Positions 1 through 9,539 of a stretch of 46,616 nt of DNA are shown in pieces. Position 1 is the first letter of the stretch. Every line of letters starts with the position of its first letter. The position numbers were made by a program, and so were the translations under genes. The DNA comes from Bacteroidales bacterium. GTDB taxonomy: Bacteria; Bacteroidota; Bacteroidia; Bacteroidales; UBA12077. The stretch lies in the NCBI GenBank assembly GCA_028282585.1, contig JANQHR010000032.1, positions 1-46,616 on the forward strand, read 5' to 3'. Under the pieces are notes generated by a model, which had not been told where the DNA came from, searched no databases, and saw only the letters and a program-made list of their open reading frames with translations.

Positions 1-43
1 AAAAAAGTAGCTGTAAAACTTAATCTACAGCTTCTCAATTTTT
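1..43 (-). terminator. Intrinsic terminator downstream of the 73..303 gene
   Basis: AGCTGTA (9-15) pairs with TACAGCT (26-32); A6 at 1-6 gives a U-tail on the minus strand; a T-run on the other side suggests it may be bidirectional. Confidence 0.6.
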
Positions 44-72
44 ATAGTTTACTTACTTCTGAAATTGCCTAA

Positions 73-303
73 TTATTCTTTGATTTCTTCAAAATCAATA
101 TAATCTCCTTCATCTTTTTTGATTTTTTTATCATTTGAAGAATTTTTTTTAATTGTTACATCTCCTTCTTTCCTCTGATTGTATCTGTTTTGCCTTTCTT
201 CGAAATTTTGCTGCATATTTTTAGCGAATCTTCGAATAAAATACCTACTAAAGACTCTGATAATCAAATAAATTATAAGTAAAACCAATAAAAATCTTAA
301 CAT
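73..303 (-). CDS. Small single-TM membrane protein, DUF4834-like
   Basis: 76 aa; hydrophobic N-terminus, charged middle, KEGDVTI and C-terminal GDYIDFEEI motifs typical of Bacteroidota DUF4834. Confidence 0.75.
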   Translation of the reverse strand: MLRFLLVLLIIYLIIRVFSRYFIRRFAKNMQQNFEERQNRYNQRKEGDVTIKKNSSNDKKIKKDEGDYIDFEEIKE

Positions 304-380
304 AGAAACCTTTAAATTAAACGAATTAAATAAATACTTATCATTATTTAAAAGACAACTATTTATTAATAAACATTTTT

Positions 381-396
381 TACTTTTGCAAAATTA
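381..396. promoter_or_regulatory. Back-to-back Bacteroidota sigma-A -7 boxes (trpS and the DUF4834 gene)
   Basis: TACTTTTG (381-388, +) directly abuts CAAAATTA (389-396, TAATTTTG on -); both match TAnnTTTG. Confidence 0.55.
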
Positions 397-427
397 CTAT
401 AATCAATCAACAAAATAAACTTTTACA

Positions 428-1417
428 ATGGAAACAGTTGTTAGTGGAATAAGACCAACAGGAAATCTGCATTTAGGTAACTATTTTGGAGCAATGAAGA
501 ATTTCATAAAAATGCAAAATGAGAATAATTGCTATTTTTTCATTGCTGATTATCATTCCTTAACAACGCATCCAACTCCAGAAGATTTACATGGAAGTGT
601 AAAACAAGTTTTAGCCGAATACGTAGCATGTGGATTAGATCCCGAGAAAGCGACTATTTATCTTCAAAGTGATGTACCAGAAGTTACAGAATTGTATTTG
701 TTGCTTAATATGAATGCCTATGTGGGCGAATTAGAACGTACCACTTCATTTAAAGATAAAATTCGTAAACAACCGGAAAATGTAAATGCAGGACTTTTAA
801 CTTATCCTGTTTTAATGGCCGCTGATATTATTATTCATAACGCTGCGAAAGTTCCGGTAGGTAAAGATCAGGAGCAAAATCTTGAAATGGCAAGAAAATT
901 TGCACGAAGATTCAATAATATGTATAAAGTTGAATATTTTACGGAACCTCAACCGTATAATTTTGGAGAAGCGTTAATAAAGATTCCTGGTTTGGATGGA
1001 ACCGGAAAAATGGGAAAATCAGAAGGTAATGGTATTTTCCTGATAGATGAAGAAAAAGCTTTAAAGAAAAAAGTAATGCGAGCCGTTACCGACAGCGGCC
1101 CAACTGAAATGAATTCTGAGATGCCCGAACCAATTCAAAATTTGTTTACTTTAATGGATGTGGTTTCGGAAAAAAGTACCATAGATTTCTTTAAAGAGAA
1201 ATATGCTTCATGCGAAATAAGATATGGAGATTTAAAGAAACAATTAGCTGAAGACATTAATAATTTTGTGACTCCGATCAGAGAAAAAATTAATGATATT
1301 AAATCAAATGATGATTACCTTAGAAAAGTAGCTAAAATGGGCGCTGAAAAAGCCAGGGAAAGTGCTTCTAAAACCATTAAGGATATTCGGGAAATTATTG
1401 GATTTAAACCTTTTTAA
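428..1417 (+). CDS. trpS: Tryptophan--tRNA ligase
   Basis: SGIRPTG-LHLGNY (HIGH), YPVLMAADI, VPVGKDQ, KMGKS (KMSKS variant). Confidence 0.98.
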   Translation: METVVSGIRPTGNLHLGNYFGAMKNFIKMQNENNCYFFIADYHSLTTHPTPEDLHGSVKQVLAEYVACGLDPEKATIYLQSDVPEVTELYLLLNMNAYVGELERTTSFKDKIRKQPENVNAGLLTYPVLMAADIIIHNAAKVPVGKDQEQNLEMARKFARRFNNMYKVEYFTEPQPYNFGEALIKIPGLDGTGKMGKSEGNGIFLIDEEKALKKKVMRAVTDSGPTEMNSEMPEPIQNLFTLMDVVSEKSTIDFFKEKYASCEIRYGDLKKQLAEDINNFVTPIREKINDIKSNDDYLRKVAKMGAEKARESASKTIKDIREIIGFKPF

Positions 1418-1435
1418 AATTTACCACTGAAAATA

Positions 1436-1480
1436 TAAAATAAACCCTCCAGAGTTTTGAAAACCTTGGAGGGTTTTATT
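1436..1480. terminator. Bidirectional hairpin/terminator between convergent trpS and zupT (REP-like)
   Basis: AAACCCTCCA (1442-1451) pairs with TGGAGGGTTT (1467-1476); inner GTTTT/AAAAC; A-rich and T-rich flanks. Confidence 0.75.
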
Positions 1481-1494
1481 CATAAATGCTTTTC

Positions 1495-2310
1495 TTAAAT
1501 AAACATCAGTAAACTTATTGCCATTACAAACATCCCCAGAACTAAGCCATAAATTGATAAATGATGCTCACCATATTCGCGGGCTGCAGGTAATAACTCA
1601 TCTATTGAAATAAAAACCATGATTCCTGCAACTCCTGCAAAAAGAATACCAAAAACGGTATCAGTCATAAATGGCATTAAGATTAAATATCCTATTAATG
1701 CCCCAACAGGTTCAGCCAATCCTGATAAAAAAGAGTTCCAAAAAGCTTTCTTCTTGTTACCAGTAGCATAATATATTGGAACCGAAACCGCAATACCCTC
1801 AGGAATATTATGAATTGCAATAGCTACAGCAATTGCAATACCAAGGCTTGGATCAGTTAAAGCTGCTGTAAAAGTGGCCAATCCTTCCGGAAAATTATGA
1901 ATGGCAATCGCCAATGCGGTAAACATTCCCGTTTTCATCAGCTTTTTATTCTTAAGAATTTTCTTTTCAGCCTCATCCATTTCCTCAACCTTGTGAATTT
2001 CATGGGGATTTTCAGCTGAAGGTATTAATTTATCGATTAAAGCAATAAATAAAATTCCTCCAAAGAAAGAAGCAACCGTTATCCAGGAACCCGCAATTTC
2101 TCCCATTTCTGATACCAAAGCATCTTTAGCTTTAAAGAAAATCTCGATCATCGAAACATAGATCATAACTCCTGCCGAAAACCCAAGAGCCAGTGATAGA
2201 AATTTGGTGTTTGTAGTTTTTGTAAAAAATGCTAATATACTTCCTATTCCCGTAGATAATCCTGCAAATAAGGTTAATCCAAATGCAAATAATATATTTT
2301 CTGAAATCAT
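1495..2310 (-). CDS. zupT: ZIP family zinc/divalent metal transporter ZupT
   Basis: Multiple TM segments; HNFPEG and HNIPEG metal motifs; GFSAGVM; SGLAEPVG; DELLP. Confidence 0.95.
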   Translation of the reverse strand: MISENILFAFGLTLFAGLSTGIGSILAFFTKTTNTKFLSLALGFSAGVMIYVSMIEIFFKAKDALVSEMGEIAGSWITVASFFGGILFIALIDKLIPSAENPHEIHKVEEMDEAEKKILKNKKLMKTGMFTALAIAIHNFPEGLATFTAALTDPSLGIAIAVAIAIHNIPEGIAVSVPIYYATGNKKKAFWNSFLSGLAEPVGALIGYLILMPFMTDTVFGILFAGVAGIMVFISIDELLPAAREYGEHHLSIYGLVLGMFVMAISLLMFI

Positions 2311-2357
2311 TTTTTGTTATTTAAGTTGATCGTGCTTATAAAAATAATAAAATTGAA

Positions 2358-3560
2358 TTAAGAATGGAAAGGTTTCCATCCTTTTGCTAAACCTCCTATT
2401 CCGGTTTCACGATAAGCACTCTGAATATCCCTTCCGGTTTCGGCCATTGTTTCAACCGCTTTATCAAAAGATATTTTATGTCCTCCATCAGAAAATAATG
2501 CATAGACGGTGCATTCAAGAGCTTTACCTGCCGCTATTGCATTTCTCTCAATACAAGGAATTTGAACGTAACCGCCAATCGGATCGCAAGTTAAACCTAA
2601 ATTGTGCTCAAATCCCATTTCTGCCGAATATTCAATTTGTCTCAAAGATCCTCCCATTACCTGTGCTGCAGCACCTGCAGCCATTGCACAAGCAGTTCCA
2701 ATCTCCCCCTGACATCCAACCTCTGCACCGGATATAGAAGCATTTCTTTTAACAACATTGGCTATTAAACCAGCAGTTGCAAGGGCCCTTAAAATCTTTT
2801 TTTCCGTAATCTTTTCTTCACTTTTTAAGTAGTATAAGATAGCTGGTAAAACCCCTGAAGAACCGCAAGTTGGTGCGGTAACAATTTCTCCTCCATCAGC
2901 ATTTTCTTCACTTACTGCAAGTGCATAAGAAAACAATAAACCTTGATTCTTAATTGTTCCTTTTGAGTTTTTAGCCTTCATATGATAAGAACTTGCTTTC
3001 CTTGCCAGTTTTATATCGCCTGGTAATACTCCTTCATTGTCTAAACCGTTCTTTATGGAGCGTTTCATGATCTTCCAAACTTCCTTTAAAAAATCCCAAA
3101 TTTCTTCTCCCTCATGATCCTCAACATACCCCCAAAAAGTTTTTCCCTGGTTAATACACCAATCTAAAATCTCAGAAAGTGTTGTATGTGTATAAACTTT
3201 TTCATCATTCAGGATACCGTTTTCATCTCGCAAATCTCCACCGCCAATACTGTAAACGGTCCAATTATTAATTACTTTATTACCTTTAATGGATTCAAGG
3301 ACCATCCCGTTTGGATGTAAAGGAAGGTTTTCATCTGCTTTCCAAACAATTTCTACCTTTTTTGGCGAAAACATCTTAATTATTGCAGTATCTGTATCAT
3401 GTCCTTTCCCTGTTGCTGCAAGGCTTCCGTATAAAGTTACCCTGAACTGATCTATATCCGGATTTTTATTCTTAAAAATTCGTGATGCCCTAACAGGTCC
3501 TATGGTATGGCTACTTGAAGGGCCATATCCAGTTTTATATATTTCGCGAATAGATTGCAT
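2358..3560 (-). CDS. sdaA: Fe-S dependent L-serine ammonia-lyase (single chain)
   Basis: GPSSSHT, LYGSLAATGKGH, APTCGSSG, GCQGE, LTCDP, PCIERN; the ATG at 3560 (MQSIREIY) is more plausible than the TTG at 3587. Confidence 0.93.
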   Translation of the reverse strand: MQSIREIYKTGYGPSSSHTIGPVRASRIFKNKNPDIDQFRVTLYGSLAATGKGHDTDTAIIKMFSPKKVEIVWKADENLPLHPNGMVLESIKGNKVINNWTVYSIGGGDLRDENGILNDEKVYTHTTLSEILDWCINQGKTFWGYVEDHEGEEIWDFLKEVWKIMKRSIKNGLDNEGVLPGDIKLARKASSYHMKAKNSKGTIKNQGLLFSYALAVSEENADGGEIVTAPTCGSSGVLPAILYYLKSEEKITEKKILRALATAGLIANVVKRNASISGAEVGCQGEIGTACAMAAGAAAQVMGGSLRQIEYSAEMGFEHNLGLTCDPIGGYVQIPCIERNAIAAGKALECTVYALFSDGGHKISFDKAVETMAETGRDIQSAYRETGIGGLAKGWKPFHS

Positions 3561-3584
3561 ATGTATAAAATTATAATTACCTGA

Positions 3585-3592
3585 CAAAACTA
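3585..3592 (-). promoter_or_regulatory. Putative -7 promoter box for the serine dehydratase gene
   Basis: TAGTTTTG on the minus strand, 25 nt upstream of ATG 3560. Confidence 0.5.
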
Positions 3593-3733
3593 TTAAAAAA
3601 CTAATGATTAATTTAATATCTCCATTAACTTGAAGTTAATTAAGAAAACTTGTACTTTTATGTATTACTCTAATTAGTTCTATACAAATTAGTTCGACAA
3701 CAAAGAATTAAAACAGTTTAAAAATCAAAAATT

Positions 3734-4570
3734 ATGAGTAAATCATCTAGCAAAAAGGACGAGAAAGTAATTGAATCTCAAAATAAAGCTCCGAAAAAAT
3801 TAAGTGCTGAATTTTACGAAAATGAATTAGCAAGATTACAAACTGAACTGGTAAAATTACAGGAATGGATAAAAGCAAAGGGATTGAAAGTTGTTATCAT
3901 TTTTGAAGGTCGTGATGCAGCTGGGAAGGGAGGTGTAATTAAACGAATTACGCAACGATTAAATCCAAGAGTTTGTCGTGTTGTGGCCTTAGGAACCCCA
4001 ACCGAACGAGAAAAAACACAATGGTATTTTCAACGATACGTTCCGCATTTACCTGCGGCTGGAGAAATGGTATTATTTGATAGAAGCTGGTATAACCGAG
4101 CAGGGGTTGAAAGGGTAATGGGATTTTGTACGGAGAAACAATACCAGGAATTTTTCAGAACATGTCCTGAATTTGAACGGATGCTGGTACGATCAGGTAT
4201 TATTCTGATCAAGTATTGGTTCTCGGTTTCTGATGATGAACAAGAACGCAGGTTTCGATCACGTATTGATGACAGAACTAAACGGTGGAAATTAAGCCCC
4301 ATTGATTTAGCTTCGCGAGAAAAATGGATTGAATATTCCATTGCAAAGGATGATATGTTTAAATACACAGATATTAAACAAGCTCCATGGTATGTAGTAA
4401 ATGCTGACAATAAAAAAAGAGCAAGATTAAATTGTATTAGCCACATTTTAAGTATAGTTCCATATGAAGATTTAACTCCTAAGCCTATTGAGCTTCCGCC
4501 GCGGCAGGATGACAAAGGTTATGTCCGGCCTCCATTTACAGATCAAACATTTGTACCGGATAAATATTAA
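3734..4570 (+). CDS. ppk2: Polyphosphate kinase 2 (single domain)
   Basis: FEGRDAAGKGG Walker A, FDRSWYNRAGVE Walker B region, WKLSP lid motif. Confidence 0.96.
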   Translation: MSKSSSKKDEKVIESQNKAPKKLSAEFYENELARLQTELVKLQEWIKAKGLKVVIIFEGRDAAGKGGVIKRITQRLNPRVCRVVALGTPTEREKTQWYFQRYVPHLPAAGEMVLFDRSWYNRAGVERVMGFCTEKQYQEFFRTCPEFERMLVRSGIILIKYWFSVSDDEQERRFRSRIDDRTKRWKLSPIDLASREKWIEYSIAKDDMFKYTDIKQAPWYVVNADNKKRARLNCISHILSIVPYEDLTPKPIELPPRQDDKGYVRPPFTDQTFVPDKY

Positions 4571-5748
4571 ATATTGACTTTTTTGGCCCTTTCGAAAGGT
4601 TTATTTCTATCGAATAAATAACGAAACGTTACGTGAGTTTTTAAGGTATAACCGCCAACCTGATCAAGTACCTTTAACATAGTTGGATTAAAATCGCCGA
4701 TCCAATTAAATTGTAAATGTTTGTATGGAAAATCATTCTTTAATGCTTCATTGGCAAAAGCCATTACAATTCCTCCTTCAATGCCTTTAGCCTGAAACTC
4801 CGGAATAACACCAAATATTAGACCTAAAGCCGTATCGCATGCCCCGGTAATTTTGTAAAAAAGAAATTTCAGTTTACCAATTAAATTCATTTTGCCATTA
4901 AGGTGTTTTACGATCTGATTTATTTCCGGAACCAGAAGGAAGAAGGCAATCGGCTCATTTTCGTAATATGCAAACCACATAATTCGTTCATCCAGTATTG
5001 GTTTTAAGCTTTTCATCAAACCTTTTGCATGAACCTTCGACAATTCAACAACACCTGGAAAACGAGCCCAAGCTTTATTAAAAACTGTTCTAAAATCTTC
5101 AGTATACTTTTCAAGCTTCTTCTTTTCCAAATATTTGAATTCGTACTTTGAATTTTTACTTAATCGTTCAGCTTTCTCTTGTATAGCTTCACTTAAACCT
5201 TTGAATTCTACCTTTCTATAATACGTAAATTGATTGAAATAATTTTGAAATCCATAATTTTCAAATAGCTCCCTGTAATACGGAAAATTGTAGGGCATAC
5301 AATAATTTGGAGGATAATCAAAGCCATTTACAAGACAACCCCACCAACGATCACGATCTCCAAAATTAACCGGGCCATCCATAGCTTCCATTCCCTTTTC
5401 TTTAAGCCATTCTTTTGACTTATTAAATAAAGTATCAGCAGCATTTTGATCATTAATACAATCAAAAAAACCTACACCTCCTGTAGGTTGATCATTCTTT
5501 GATGCAGTTTTTTTATCGTAAAAAGCAGCTATCCGCCCAACGAAGTTCTTTGTATCATCAATTAAAATCCAACGTATAGCTTCACCATTTCTAAACAATT
5601 TATTTTTTTTTGAATCAAAAACAGACTCAATATCCTGGTCAAGCGGACGAATCCAGTTCTTTTCATTTTTATATAATTTAACCGGAAGTTGTAAAAACTT
5701 TTTAATGGTTTTCTTGTTTGTAACCTCTATTAATTCATAATTCATCAT
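4567..5748 (-). CDS. Tandem GNAT-fold N-acyltransferase, YghO/bacterial ceramide-synthase-like family
   Basis: GRIAAF, GFFDCINDQ, GPVNF, YNFPYY and GVIPEFQAKGI (acyl-CoA binding motif A). Confidence 0.7.
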   Translation of the reverse strand: MMNYELIEVTNKKTIKKFLQLPVKLYKNEKNWIRPLDQDIESVFDSKKNKLFRNGEAIRWILIDDTKNFVGRIAAFYDKKTASKNDQPTGGVGFFDCINDQNAADTLFNKSKEWLKEKGMEAMDGPVNFGDRDRWWGCLVNGFDYPPNYCMPYNFPYYRELFENYGFQNYFNQFTYYRKVEFKGLSEAIQEKAERLSKNSKYEFKYLEKKKLEKYTEDFRTVFNKAWARFPGVVELSKVHAKGLMKSLKPILDERIMWFAYYENEPIAFFLLVPEINQIVKHLNGKMNLIGKLKFLFYKITGACDTALGLIFGVIPEFQAKGIEGGIVMAFANEALKNDFPYKHLQFNWIGDFNPTMLKVLDQVGGYTLKTHVTFRYLFDRNKPFERAKKVNI

Positions 5749-5854
5749 AACCGAAAACTTAACCTAATTAGAAAATCTCTGTAAGGTTAGAATCAAAAAT
5801 AAATAAAAAGGATTGATTATAAAATCGAGCCCGAAATAATAAATTGAAAAATGA

Positions 5855-6916
5855 TTAATAAACAATTTTTCCCTTTAAATCAATATAAAACTGATTCTCG
5901 TACATTTTAAAATCATTAAAGCCAAAAGAAACATTATTTCTTGCAACAGTTCGAATAAGTCCCTCGCTTTTAATAGTATAAAAATCGTTTGAGTTTTTAA
6001 TCTGGCTGGCTAATTGTTTTGATAATGTAGTGACATTACTTAAGTATCCGGTAATGTAAGCATTCCATAGCCCTTTGTTTAATCCATATTCATTCGATTC
6101 ATTTGGTAAGCTATCCTTCACAAACTCTAGATCGGTTCTATAATTATAAGTACGTTCTTCAAATAAAATAATAGAATCTTTATAGTTTGAATTTATATCG
6201 TAATTTCGATTTACGATTTTATAATTATAATTTGATGATAAATCTATACTGTCTTCGCTTAAGTTATCTTCAACTGAAAAATTGAAAAATTCAACCCGTT
6301 CTTTTTGAAAGTTCCTTTCAATATATACCTGAAGATGCTCTCCTTTTACTTTTAGTGTGTCAGTATTTAAAGAATCATTTTCCTGATACTCAATTTCAAT
6401 TAAAACAATTCCCTCATTATATTTGGTATAAAAAGTATCCTTTACCAAAATTGCAGAATTATTATAAGCCAAATGAGCTTTAGAGAGCGAAAAATCCTGA
6501 AATTTAGTAGAGTACAACGAATATTTACCAGATTCCTTCAGATTTGTATAATCATCGGTAATATTGCTAACATTTGATATACTTAATAAAGCATACATGG
6601 CTTTTGCCCGCAATATGGCTTGTTTTATCGCCAATTCCTTTCCCATATTTGGATCTGAAAATCCGACAATTTGTATTTTGTCAGTAATAATATGTGGTGT
6701 AAAAACCCAATCGGGCAATTTATCAGGAATTTTATCAAATAATTTTCTTTCCAACTCAACAGAGTCAACATCCTCCTTTTCATCAAACTCCTCATTAAAG
6801 ACATTTTCCTCGAATTTCTTTTTATCCTCATCAATTAGTTTTGATGTATTTTCCTGTGCGAAAAGCGTGGTATTAATAGCCAAAAAAGCTAATATAGTAA
6901 TTGTTAAACATTTCAT
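5855..6916 (-). CDS. Secreted hypothetical protein (possible LPP20-like segment)
   Basis: Signal peptide ending LFA|Q; acidic linker; PDWV...VGFSDP...AIKQAILRAK pattern. Confidence 0.65.
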   Translation of the reverse strand: MKCLTITILAFLAINTTLFAQENTSKLIDEDKKKFEENVFNEEFDEKEDVDSVELERKLFDKIPDKLPDWVFTPHIITDKIQIVGFSDPNMGKELAIKQAILRAKAMYALLSISNVSNITDDYTNLKESGKYSLYSTKFQDFSLSKAHLAYNNSAILVKDTFYTKYNEGIVLIEIEYQENDSLNTDTLKVKGEHLQVYIERNFQKERVEFFNFSVEDNLSEDSIDLSSNYNYKIVNRNYDINSNYKDSIILFEERTYNYRTDLEFVKDSLPNESNEYGLNKGLWNAYITGYLSNVTTLSKQLASQIKNSNDFYTIKSEGLIRTVARNNVSFGFNDFKMYENQFYIDLKGKIVY

Positions 6917-7011
6917 CTTTTTACACTTTGGTTAAATATCCGATACAAAATACCAAGTTAATATATTTCATTACAATCTTCGAACCAAAATATTATAATT
7001 AAGCTAAATAT

Positions 7012-9408
7012 TTAAAATTTCAAATTTACACTTAAAATCAAGTTCCTCCCTGGTGCAGCAATACCTGAAGAATAAGGTCTGTAGCGATTGTCTAAAATAT
7101 TCTCTAATCCAACATTAACAACTGCCCAATCTTTATAATTATATGCTGTCATTAAATTTAAAGTCCACCAAGCCGGAGAATAAGGATTCCCATTATCGTC
7201 GATTGCATACATATATGGTTTCCCCTGCTCGCTTGGTGCTAAATCTTCATATTTAATTTCTCCGTTATAATTTACAAACAACGAAGCAGTTATCTTCTCA
7301 TTTGAATATTTAATACTTGTGCTTCCAAACAATGGTGCAGCATGTCGTAATGCAACTCCATCCTGATCTTCACCATGCGTATAGTTTACGATAGATTCCA
7401 GTTCAATGCCTTTAGTAAACTCAATGTTTAAAGAAGAACTGAACCCGTATATATATGCCTTATCAGCATTTACAATTGCGAGTACTTTACTTAATTCTCC
7501 TTTATAATAAATGGAATCCTGACCGTTAAAGGTAAAATCCCTTCGTACAAAAGCGTTTGTTAAAAATGTATAATATCCGGTTATATCGAAGTTTACTTTT
7601 CCCCAGAGTTTTTTCTGTATTCCAAGGTCAACATTATATGCATATTCTGGTTTTAGGTCTTTGTTAGGTACTATGATACTTCCGGGTTCAGGATCGAAAA
7701 TCTTTGCGACATCATCAACATTCGGAGCATGAAATCCTGAGGATAGATTTAAGTTTAATTGCCAGTTCTTGTTTGGCTTATAAACCAAACCTAACGAACC
7801 GTTAACCGCACCATTGTTAATTGATATTTCATTAAAAGGGAAATTAAAAAAGCTGGTGTCCTCCACAGTAGAATTAAGACTTACATAATTTGCACGAATA
7901 CCTGCAATTGTAGTAAATTTTTCACTTAAATTTTCCTTATAACTTAGATAAGCTGCAAGTGTTGAATAATGGTTCTCTCCATCAGGATAACGACTCTGAG
8001 TTTTAACCTTTTCACCAGAATTAATGTTTTTTATGTGCGCTGTAGAATTCACGGAATTATAAATAGCCTCAAATCCATAAAATATCTGATTTTCTCTGGA
8101 TAAGTTTTTGTCAAAATCAAGATTTAAAGAATAAGCTTTTACTTTTTCGAAAGATTCTGTTAATTCTTCACTTCTATATTTTCTATCATGGCGGCTTTCC
8201 TGATAATCTTGATAAGCAACAGTTAGCTTAAAATCATTAAAAAACTTGCTCGGTTTTGAATAATTCAAATTTAAGCTATGCATCATCCATTTTTGAGGGC
8301 CATAATACCAATCTCCGAATTCTAAATTGCCATTTCTATATCTAATTAATCTGTCGTAGCGAGGCACATCCGAAAGTTTTGAATAATGGAAAGCATAAAT
8401 CAAATCAAGATCCTTGCCTGGCCTAAACCGTAACTTTTGCAAGATATTAAATTGATTAAAAGCCGACTCAACCTGAACGTTTGGATTATTGTTGTTAACA
8501 ACAGAATCAACACCATCTATTTGAGTAACATACTCCGATCTTTGATATTCTTCATTATTATAGTCTCCCATTTGGAGGTCATCATAATCGCTAAAACTTA
8601 AACTTGTTATTGATGCCCATTTTGAAGATCCAATGTTAAGGTCGATATGTCCCGTTTTCTCAAAATTTGCCGATGAATAGCGCATCAAAGCACTTCCGGA
8701 AATCTCCGTTCTTTCGCTGGTAGATAGTTTAGGTCTTAAAGTATGAAAATCCATTACTCCACCTAAAGCATCGCTACCATAGGTAACTGAGCCCGGACCG
8801 AAAATAACTTCACTACTTTGAATTGCATTAGCATCTAACGAAATTATATTTTGAACATTTCCTTCGCGAAAAATTGCATTATTCATTCTTACTCCATCTA
8901 CGACTAAAAGAATTGTATTTGTAGCAAATCCTCGAATCATAGGACTACCCCCTCCTAATTGGCTTTTTTGGACAAAAACTTCATTCGATTTAGCCAATAG
9001 ATCTGCTGTTGTTTGAGGGCTTGCAAATCTTATTTCTTCCTGGGTAATTCTTGTAATTTTATTTGGAATCTCATTTTTGTTCTGTTCCCAGCGATAAGCT
9101 GAAATCACAAATTCTTCTATTTCAAAAACCTTCTTTTCCAGGTAAAATTCAAATTGCCTTAATTCTGATTTTTTAAATTGTATTTCTTTATAGGATGCGT
9201 GTTGAATTGTAATCAGTTCATCCGAAAAAAAATCGGCTATATTAACTTCTCCATTTATATCCGAAATGGCAGACTTTGTTCTATCCTCATTAAATACCGC
9301 CACATTCGCAACCGATTCCTTAGTTTCAGCATCTTTAAATTGAAGTGTTTGACTGAATGAAAAAACAGTGAAAAGTAAACATAAAAGGGCTAAAATCGTT
9401 TTCTTCAT
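7012..9408 (-). CDS. TonB-dependent receptor
   Basis: Signal peptide (MKKT...FS|Q); plug motifs SPMIRG, LLVVDGVR, EVIFGPGSVTYGSDALGGV; NILDNRY...PGRN; terminal Phe. Start moved to ATG 9408. Confidence 0.93.
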   Translation of the reverse strand: MKKTILALLCLLFTVFSFSQTLQFKDAETKESVANVAVFNEDRTKSAISDINGEVNIADFFSDELITIQHASYKEIQFKKSELRQFEFYLEKKVFEIEEFVISAYRWEQNKNEIPNKITRITQEEIRFASPQTTADLLAKSNEVFVQKSQLGGGSPMIRGFATNTILLVVDGVRMNNAIFREGNVQNIISLDANAIQSSEVIFGPGSVTYGSDALGGVMDFHTLRPKLSTSERTEISGSALMRYSSANFEKTGHIDLNIGSSKWASITSLSFSDYDDLQMGDYNNEEYQRSEYVTQIDGVDSVVNNNNPNVQVESAFNQFNILQKLRFRPGKDLDLIYAFHYSKLSDVPRYDRLIRYRNGNLEFGDWYYGPQKWMMHSLNLNYSKPSKFFNDFKLTVAYQDYQESRHDRKYRSEELTESFEKVKAYSLNLDFDKNLSRENQIFYGFEAIYNSVNSTAHIKNINSGEKVKTQSRYPDGENHYSTLAAYLSYKENLSEKFTTIAGIRANYVSLNSTVEDTSFFNFPFNEISINNGAVNGSLGLVYKPNKNWQLNLNLSSGFHAPNVDDVAKIFDPEPGSIIVPNKDLKPEYAYNVDLGIQKKLWGKVNFDITGYYTFLTNAFVRRDFTFNGQDSIYYKGELSKVLAIVNADKAYIYGFSSSLNIEFTKGIELESIVNYTHGEDQDGVALRHAAPLFGSTSIKYSNEKITASLFVNYNGEIKYEDLAPSEQGKPYMYAIDDNGNPYSPAWWTLNLMTAYNYKDWAVVNVGLENILDNRYRPYSSGIAAPGRNLILSVNLKF

Positions 9409-9414
9409 AACAGT

Positions 9415-9422
9415 CAAAATTA
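9415..9422 (-). promoter_or_regulatory. Putative -7 box for the TonB-dependent receptor
   Basis: TAATTTTG on the minus strand, ending 6 nt before ATG 9408. Confidence 0.45.
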
Positions 9423-9504
9423 ATACTTTTTTAAGGTGTAAATCTACTATTTGATTAGCTTTGACAATCTTGGTTTAAAATTTTACATATCAGTTATAAT
9501 TTAA

Positions 9505-9512
9505 TATTTTTG
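9505..9512 (+). promoter_or_regulatory. Putative -7 box for the 9540..15482 operon
   Basis: TATTTTTG matches TAnnTTTG, 27 nt before ATG 9540. Confidence 0.45.
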
Positions 9513-9539
9513 GTAAAATCTTAAATAGCTTTTATTCAC

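Noticed and set aside
304-427. T-box or Trp attenuator upstream of trpS
   Set aside because: Short AT-rich leader with no T-box motif, leader peptide or hairpin
2384-2737. This and the other short ORFs nested in long genes
   Set aside because: All overlap confident CDSs and lack family motifs or plausible composition
4030-4515. 161-aa antisense ORF inside ppk2
   Set aside because: Shadow frame of a well-conserved gene; no recognisable motifs
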